DNA from: the human T2T-CHM13v2.0 reference genome, Homo sapiens
Length of the DNA: 64,000 nucleotides
Strand: one strand, 5' to 3'
Assembly: GCF_009914755.1 (NCBI RefSeq)
Contig: NC_060929.1
Part shown: positions 56,490 through 64,000 of the stretch, one piece after another
How the letters are laid out: each line of letters starts with the position of its first letter
How positions within the stretch are numbered: the stretch's first letter is position 1
Made by a program: the position numbers and the translations under genes
Notes under the pieces: generated by a model
The model's database searches: none
Told to the model about the DNA's origin: nothing
Seen by the model: the letters and a program-made list of their open reading frames with translations, nothing else

Positions 56490-57288
56490 TTTTTTTACTT
56501 TAAGTTCCAGAATACATGTGCAGAACGTGCAGGTTTGTTACATAGGTATACATGTGCCATGGTGGTTTGCCGCACCTATCAACACGTTATCTAGGTTTTA
56601 AGCCCCACATGCTTTAGGTATTTGTCTGTTGCCCTCCCTCCCCTAGCCCCCAACCCCCAGACAGGCCCTGGTGTGTGTTGTCCCCCTCTGTGTCCATGTG
56701 TTCTCATTGTTCAACTCCCACTTATGAGTGAGAACATGCAGTGTTTGGTTTTCTGTTCCTGTGTTGGTTTCCTGAGAATTATGGCTTCCAACTCCATCCA
56801 TGTCCTTGCAAAGGACATGACCTCATTTTTTTTTTTTTTGTACTCTAAGTTCTAGGGTACATGTGCACAATATGCAGGTTTGTCACATATGTATACATGT
56901 GCCATGTTGGTGTGCTGCACCCATTAACTCATCATTTACATTAGGTATATCTCCTAATGTTATCTCTCCCCACTCCCCCCACCCCACGACAGGCCCCAGT
57001 GTGTGATGTTCCCCTTCCTGTGTTCAAGTGTTCTCATTGTTCAATTCCCACCTATGAGTGAGAACATGCGGTGTTTGGTTTTCTGTTCCTGTGTTGGTTT
57101 CCTGAGAATGATGGCCTCCAGCTCCATCCATGTCCCTGCAAAGGACATGATCTCATTCTTTTTTATGGCTGCATAGTATTCCATGGTGTTTATGTGCCAC
57201 ATTTTCTTTATCCAGTCTATCATTGATGGGCATTGGGTTGGTTCCAAGTCTTTGCTATTGTCAATAGTGCTGCAGTGAACATATATAA
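56490..57288 (-). mobile_element. 5'-truncated L1PA8-like element (host of a nested younger L1)
   Basis: 3' UTR with 'tctaggttttaagccccacatgc'; perfect 14-bp TSD agcatcaactttta at 56476-56489 and 57289-57302. Confidence 0.92.
56827..57080 (-). mobile_element. Younger L1PA4/5-like 3' end nested in the L1PA8-like copy
   Basis: Second poly-T (56826-56839), then ttctagggtacatgtgcacaa...catatgtatacatgtgccatgttggtgtgctgcacccattaactc...caattcccacctatgagtg (young-L1PA diagnostics). Confidence 0.88.
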
Positions 57289-57340
57289 AGCATCAACTTT
57301 TACAGATTATGTTTGTTGAATGCATGAGTGAATAGACTCA

Positions 57341-57550
57341 TGGATGAATGAATGAATGAGAAACAAGCGAGGAGGAGACTGAGGTGAAGGCTCCTGAGGT
57401 TGGTGGTCCCTGGATGAATGAATGAATGAGGAACAAGGGAGGAGGAGACTGAGGCAAAGGCTCCTGAGTTTGGTGGTCCCTGGATGAATGAATGAATGAG
57501 GGATGAGGGAGGAGGAGACCGAGGCGAAGGCTCCTGAGGTCGGTGTCCCC
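57341..57550. repeat. Tandem repeat, 3 x 70 bp, each unit starting TGGATGAATGAATGAATGAG
   Basis: Units start at 57341, 57411 and 57481; the (TGAA)n head resembles an L2 3' tail. Confidence 0.95.
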
Positions 57551-58778
57551 TGCCCATGGTGGGAGTGGAGTTCCCTCCCTGCAGTGTGGGCACGAATGAT
57601 TCTGAGAACAGGGACTCTCTGGCCCTACGCCGGCCCTCCTGCTTGCTGCTGATGTTCAAAATGGCTTTAACCAGCACAGGAGGCCTCAACCCACATCACC
57701 TAGCAGCCCCAGCAAAGAGAAAACTTCTGGGCTGGAATTTTCCATCTTCCCCTCAGGTAGGTTCCCTTCTCAGTCCCTTGCCCTCAGGGACATGCGGGCT
57801 CTCACTGCCTCACATGCCAGGCCCTAAGATGCTTATTTTTGCTTTCTGCTTGTTTCACGGGAAGGAAGGCCTGCACCCAGATGTGTTGCTTTGCTCACAA
57901 CAGGTGTAAGCCTCCATTGAACAACAGCGACTCTGTGCCTGAGGCGTGGAGTCAGGTTTCCCAAGCCCCTCTGTGTGCCCACGAGGGCCAGTGATGCACC
58001 TGCTGGTCCCTGCAGGGACAAGTAGGTTCCCTGGAGTGACTGAAGCCCAAACAGTGCAGGTGGAAACCACTGCCATGATGACTTCACAGGCCGGAGTCTT
58101 TGTGTCTTTTATTCCAAAGCGCATCATGGGTTGTGTTTTCTCCCATAAGCCAGGTCCACTCTATGTCTCCTCAAACTCAGGGGATTTTGAGAAAAGCTGG
58201 ACTTGGGGCCATGAAAAGTTCCCCGCTTGACTATGTATTTATATTTTATGTCAGTTAAGAAGTTTCAGTTTCCAAACATACAGATGAACATACACAGCCA
58301 TCAGATCTAGGAACTGCACCTCAGCTTAAATTTCTTAATTAAGCACAAACTTAAATTTCTCAGCGGTGGTTTCCCTTTTGGTCGCCTGGGTATCAAGATG
58401 CCTTGCCCGGGATACAGCAGGCACGGGGCATCCTGAGGTGAATCCACCACACCCAGGGGCTTGCAAGTGCCCACCTGGCCTCCTTTTACGCGGCTCCTGT
58501 GAAAGCAGAGATGGGGGCCAGGGCTCTATTTGGCCTTCGCAAGCTCAAGAAAGCCACCTATGGGAGCACGTTGTTTGTGTAAACCCCCTGCTCATCTCTA
58601 CAGGGCTGCCGGCGAGGGGAGCCGCTCTCTCTGCAGGGCTTGCCTCTGTGACCCCTCTGCTTCTGTAGCACCCGCAGTGAGGAAGGAGCCCGCCAGCTCA
58701 CAGGGAATGCTGCAGAGCACAGCAGGGGCCCACGGAGGCTCCGTGCTCAGGTCACTAAAGTTTAAAAACTCCATCCCA

Positions 58779-59051
58779 GGCCGAAGCACTTTGGGAGGCC
58801 GAGGGTGGTGGATTATCTGAGGTCAGGAATTTGAGACCAGCCTGGCCAATATGGTGAAACCCCATCTCTACTTTAAAAAAAAAAATAGCCAGGCATGGTG
58901 GTACACACCTGTAATCCCAGCAACTCAGGGAGGCTGAGGCAGGAGAATCACTTGAACCCAGGAGGCAGAGGTTGCAGTGAGCCGAGATCGCACCACTGCA
59001 CTCCAGCCTGGACCACAAGAGCGAAACCATCTCAAAAAACAAACAAACAAA
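58779..59051 (+). mobile_element. AluS (Sq/Sp-like) with ~27-bp deletion near the 5' end
   Basis: ggccg joined almost directly to agcactttgggagg (A-box region missing); the remainder is a normal dimer with (AAAC)n tail. Confidence 0.92.
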
Positions 59052-60893
59052 TTCCATGTGCATATTCCTGCATTTAAGAAAATAAAAGTTAGGTAAGCTC
59101 CAACACAACCGTGGTTGGAGAAGCTCTTGGGAGATGAGCCTACAGTTTGGAGCGTCCGGAGGTGCGGTCCTCACACCGGAGGGTAAGGAAGACCCTCTCT
59201 TCATGAAGGTCACAGGGGCGCTAACAAACTGCCCACAGCATTTCATTCCTGCAAGCGCAGTTCTTTGAGCAACAGATGTCATTGATATTTTAATTCTTGT
59301 TCGTTAGTTTTGTCCCTGGTCCCAGAGGCTGCTTCAGTGGGGTTGGGGTGTTCTGGGGCAGCCCCCAGAGCTCCGCCACAAGGCAACTAATAGCGTGGAA
59401 CTCAACCACAAAACGCAGAAGCCCGGCCAAACACGATAGCTGGAGTGGCTTTTTGGATACCAAAGAAAACCATACTACCTGCCCCACATGAGTTAATTTT
59501 CTAGTGGATTAGGCTGAAAACAGGAGCTCAAAACTTTAATGATCACTCATCTAACCCACAGCTGGTTTGTGTATAATTTGCTTCCATTATGTTCAGTCTG
59601 AAGTGGCGATTCATGAATCAAGCGCTGAGCTTCATTTTTCACAATCCGCCTGCCCTCTCAAGGTCGGACGATGCCGTGTGCTCACTCCAGGCATGGAAGG
59701 CCAGCCACCTGAACCCACAGACTGTCTGGCTGGCCCTTCCTGAGAAATGAATTGTTGAACTGTGCTGAGAGTCAGGTGGGAAAACAGAGCGTGTACTCGG
59801 CAGGCCTGCAACAGAATCCCCCGGGCAGACGGGACCTGGAATGCAGGGTTATTGTTGTACATAAAAATGGCAGGTCCTAGGGAGGAAAACCACACAGATA
59901 TCACCAAGTAAGAAATGGCATCAGGAATTAGGGAGTGGCTCGTGTCCTTGAGGGACCAGGGGACTGTTCCCAGAATGAAAGGCTGTATGCATAATTGCAG
60001 TCTTTGGTCTCCGGGGCTCCTATTTGCTTCTTACTCACCATGTCCCAGGTTCTCTGCTGGGTTCCTTGAATATGCAACACTTGTGAAGTCTCTGAAGAAC
60101 TGTTCAAATTAGGTATTATCATTCCAGTTCTAGAGGCAAGGAAAATTGACCTATGCAAGCAATGTGATTGATGTTGCTTTAATTTCACCATTCTTCATCA
60201 GGAAAATAGGATATACCAGCACTTTTCCAAGAATCTCTTTCTTGAAACAAATTGTCTTCTTGAAGTTCTCAGATAAACTGTCTGCATTGGATTTATTGTT
60301 GACAATACACTTGGTATTTTTTAAACTCTCAGAGGGTTGACCGTTCCCTCAATGTGTCCCTTCTTAGTAGGATAAGCCATTGGCCCTGTGGCTTCTCTTG
60401 GGCGCCAAGGGTCACCAGGCCTTCCGCACTGGGGTGGGACACCCAGGAAGCCCAGCAGGATGGGGGCCCTTGGTGCCCAAGAACAGCCACAGGGCCAACG
60501 GCTTATCGGGTGTCTTGCCCCATGACTTGCCCTGGTGCAGAAAAGATTTGGCTCTGAAATGACAGGTTTGCCATAAATGAGGACTTGCTGAATTTTACCC
60601 AGAATATCTTGTCGGACTTTAGAGATGTATGTCTTTTCCTCACTGAAGGAAGAGAAAGACATGCCTAACTTTTCCTATCTTGTTTGGAGATGAGACTCCA
60701 GCCCAGCAGTTTGAGTATTTTTTCAGTCAATAGGGATAGTGCTGACGCCTCTAGTCCACAGATCCTCCAGGAATAGAAGTTGAGGAGCCCCATCAGCCTG
60801 TGGCCTCAGTCACAGGATACAGACAACAATGAGTTCCCAGACAGACTTTCTAGTGGATTTTCATAAACAGAGCCCCTTGGAAATGCTATTGTG

Positions 60894-61692
60894 TAGCAAA
60901 GACGTGGAATCAACCCAGGTGCCCATCAGTGGTGTACAGGATAAAGAAAACGTGATATGTTTACACCATGGAATATCATGCAGCCATAATTAGTCTGTAT
61001 TAGCCTGTTTTCATGTTGCTGATAAAGGCATACCCAAGACAGCACAATTTACAAAATGAATAGGTTTCATGGACTCACAGCTTCACATGGCCGGGGAGGC
61101 CTCACAATCATGGTGGAAGGCAAGGAGGAGCAAGTCACATCTTTCCTGGATGGCAGCAGGTAAAGAGAGGAGCTTGGGCAGGGAAACTCCCATTTTTAAA
61201 ACCATCAGATCTCATAAGACTTATTCACTATCACAAGAAGAGCATGGGAAAGACCTGCCCCCATAATTCAATTACCTCCCACCAGATTCCTCCCATGACA
61301 CATGGGAATTGCAGGAGTTACAATTCAAGATGAGATTTGGATGGGGATACAGCCAAACTGTATCAACGTCCTTTGCAGCAACAAGGATGTAGCTAGAGGC
61401 CATTATCTTAAACAAATTAATGTAAGAACAGGGAACTAAGTACTGCATGTTCTCACTATTAAGTGGGAGCGAAACATCGGGTACTCATGGACATAAAGAT
61501 GGCAACAATAGACTCTGGGGACTACTCGAATGGGGAGGGAGGGAGGGAGGAAACAAGGGTAGAAAAATGACCTATTGGGCACCACGCTCCCTACCTAGGG
61601 GAGGGCATCAGTCATACCCCAAACCTCAGCATCGCACAATATACCCAGGTAGCAAACCTGCACATGTACCCCCCACATCTAAAAGCTGAAAT

Positions 61693-61786
<94 letters not shown>
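60894..61786 (+). mobile_element. 5'-truncated L1PB3/4-like 3' end, interrupted by THE1B; tail replaced by microsatellite
   Basis: tagcaaagacgtggaatcaaccc...catggacataaagatggcaacaatagac...aaacctcagcatc...aaacctgcacatgtaccccc; TSD gaa(a/g)tgctattgtg at 60880-60893 and 61787-61800. Confidence 0.9.
60996..61365 (-). mobile_element. THE1B-like solo LTR nested in L1PB
   Basis: tgtattagcctgttttcatgttgctgataaag...gggaaactcccatttttaaaaccatcagatctc...acagccaaactgtatca. Confidence 0.95.

Positions 61787-61788
<2 letters not shown>
61697..61788. repeat. Compound microsatellite (TA)23(GA)23
   Basis: Counted: TA 61697-61742, GA 61743-61788, both uninterrupted. Confidence 0.97.
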
Positions 61789-61791
<3 letters not shown>

Positions 61792-63124
61792 GCTATTGTG
61801 GATGGATTGACAGGCAGAGCTCTCTAGGATGGATCCTGAAACCTGAAGGACTCTCTCAAGCACCAAACCTTAGATTCTAAAGATGTACCACTTAAATATG
61901 TTTCTTTTCAGGTCGTTTTTCTTAACGTTTTGTGTGGCTGTCCATGGGATTTGATGTTAGAAAGCAGGAGCTGAGCTGACCTCCTTCTGTTTTCCTGCCT
62001 CTCATGCTGCTTTGATCTTGGATGGGTTGCCCAGCTTTGACTCACGCAGAAGAAGTGGTGTGAGAAGAAGAGCCTCAGACTTCACGGGCTCCAGGGAAGT
62101 CAGGTGAGTTCAGCACCCGCCCCACCACCCCCAGAGTCCCTATTCCATTACCCAACACTCTCCAACCATCTAAAGGGTCGGATTCCCAGGATAAAAGGAC
62201 AGATACTTTGATGAGCCTTTCCTCCCATGGTCGGTGGAAATTTTTGCTAAAACCAAGCTGATCAAAAGTTCACCACAATAGGAAAGAACCAAGATTTCAT
62301 GAACTAACTGTCCAGAGGCCCAAATTGCTATCATTAAATGACCCCAAAGCATGTCCCTGGGCTCAGTGGTGAGTGCCCTCCTCTCCCTGCTGGTGTGGCC
62401 GGTGGGTGACACTCCACATCCCACCTCCTTCTGAGGGTAATGCCTGAGAAGGAGAGGAACAGGGGCTCTAGTCTGTCGTTTGATTTTTCAGAATCCCTAA
62501 GAGTAGCGGAAGAACTGCATATGGAAAGTGCCTGCTGAGAAAATGCAATGACTTCAGGTGTGTTAGAGAATGGCCAGGCTTTCCAAGCAGCCTCCATCAC
62601 CCCTCCAAAAGATCCCCAGAGATTCAGTGATTGAACTGAGACCATGAGAGGGCCAGGAAGTGAGGCTTGCTTAGATGCTGGGGGTACTTAAATGCTGGGT
62701 TTCTGCCTGCCACGGGGGCAGATGGGATCATGGGGGAATCTGAATACAGAGGGGAGGGGGTGGTGTCTCCATTCTCAGGTGTTTCTGGAGACTCTGCAAG
62801 ATGCTGGGACAGGGAGAGCTGAATGGAGCAGGAGGTGTTGACCCTGAGATCCTAGGAGACCTCCCTGGAGCTTGAAGGACCATCATGGGTGGGAAAGTAC
62901 AATGACCTACCTCAGTCACAAGGAGTTCCAGGGCCCAGGGCTGCCTCACTGGGCCAGCTGCCCTGGCCTCATGATTATGGTTGGTTTGAGTGTCAGTGCC
63001 ACCGCAGCCAGCTCACTGGGGCCACCGCACCCCAGCCTCACCTGTGAAGTGGGGCAGGTTCACCCTGCAGCTGAGAAAGTCTGACCTTCAGGGCTCTTCT
63101 CCTGCAGGATGGCTTCAAAAGCCC

Positions 63125-63200
63125 CTGTAGCGAATTTGGTAGTTGTGACTTTGTATTTTCCTCATAAAGATGGTCCCCCAAATTGTATAAGGCTAGAACT
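63125..63200 (-). mobile_element. Possible ORSL-like hAT-Tip100 fragment
   Basis: tttgtattttcctcataaagatggtcccccaaattgtataag resembles the reverse of a recalled ORSL end; short. Confidence 0.45.
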
Positions 63201-63217
63201 TATTTAACTTGGGTTTA

Positions 63218-63926
63218 TTTAACTCAAAATGGATCATAGACTTAAATGTAAAACACTCCTATAAAACTCCTAGAAAATAATGCAGGAGAAAACCTGGGTA
63301 ACCCTGGATTTGAAGGTGACTTTTTCTTTACAACACCAAAAGCACAATCCATAAAAAAAAACTGATGTTTTATTTTATTAAAATTAAAAACTTCTGCTCT
63401 TCAATAGGTGCTGTTCAGAGATGAAACAATTTGCAAAGCATATACCTGATAAAAGACTGGTTCCAAAATATTCAGAGAACTCTCATATTTCAAAAATATG
63501 AAAACAAACAATCCAATTTAGAGATGGACAAAAAATGCTGAACCAACCTTTTACCAAAGAAGACATATAGAAGGCAAATAAGCATATGAGAAGATGCCCA
63601 GTGTCATGTCATTAGAGAACTACAGGTTAAAACAACAATGAGATGCCAGCACACACCCACTGGAATGGCCAAAGTCCAAACCATGGACACCACCAAGTGC
63701 TGACAAAGATATGGCTGAAGGGAATTCTGCACCACGTGAAATAGTACAGCTATTTTGGAAGACAGTGTAGCAGTTCCTTACAAGCTAAATATACTCTTAC
63801 CACAAGATACACACCTTGAAACTCATCCAAATGGTTTGAAAATTTTTGTCTACACAAAAACCTGCATGTGGATGTTTATAGCAGCTTTATTCATAATTGC
63901 CAAAACTTGGAAGCAACCAAGATGTC
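63218..63926 (+). mobile_element. L1MC1/2-like late ORF2 fragment
   Basis: aactcaaaatggatcatagacttaaatgtaaaac...gatgtttatagcagctttattcataattgccaaaacttggaagcaaccaagatgtc (MFIAALFIIAKTWKQPRC). Confidence 0.88.
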
Positions 63927-64000
63927 TTTTTTTTTTTTTTTTTTTTTTTTGAGACAGAGTCTCACCCTGTCACCCAGGCTGGTGGGATCTTAGCTCACTG
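63927..64000 (-). mobile_element. Alu 3' end, cut by the window edge
   Basis: About 24 T, then gagacagagtctcaccctgtcacccaggctgg. Confidence 0.9.

Noticed and set aside
62705-62722. CTCF-like motif tgccacgggggcag (similar partial matches at ~9517, ~18116, ~59648)
   Set aside because: Only the 3' half matches the consensus; too weak without a PWM scan.

Overview
This window is eukaryotic, not microbial: simian-primate (human-like) non-coding DNA. Evidence is AluJ/AluS SINEs, L1PA/L1PB/L1MA/L1MC LINEs, THE1/MST/MLT1 MaLR solo LTRs, MIR and L2 relics, and DNA-transposon fossils (Hsmar2, MER58A, MER5, probable hAT-Tip100). I find no credible protein-coding gene, tRNA, rRNA or CRISPR array. The ORF track consists of chance ORFs, tandem-repeat read-throughs and broken L1/mariner frames. 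Roughly 40% is recognisable interspersed repeat, including a near-continuous TE block at about 23.9-35.6 kb. The rest is unique sequence with CpG-richer patches and many local tandem duplications and minisatellites, a texture suggestive of a distal chromosome arm; locus and species cannot be fixed from sequence alone. Best leads: (1) a 24 x 23-bp VNTR with a CAGCTG E-box at every unit junction; (2) a young L1PA4/5-type 3' end fused in register into an older L1PA8-type copy, leaving a ~75-105-bp duplication (natural L1/L1 chimera); (3) a repeat-free CpG-retaining segment at 18.0-19.2 kb with clustered TCF/LEF, CDX/HOX13, SOX and AP-1/MARE-like motifs; (4) a twin-primed inverted L1 with visible priming microhomology. 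I see no evidence for a new multi-gene system. Subfamily names come from recalled consensus sequences and need RepeatMasker/Dfam confirmation.
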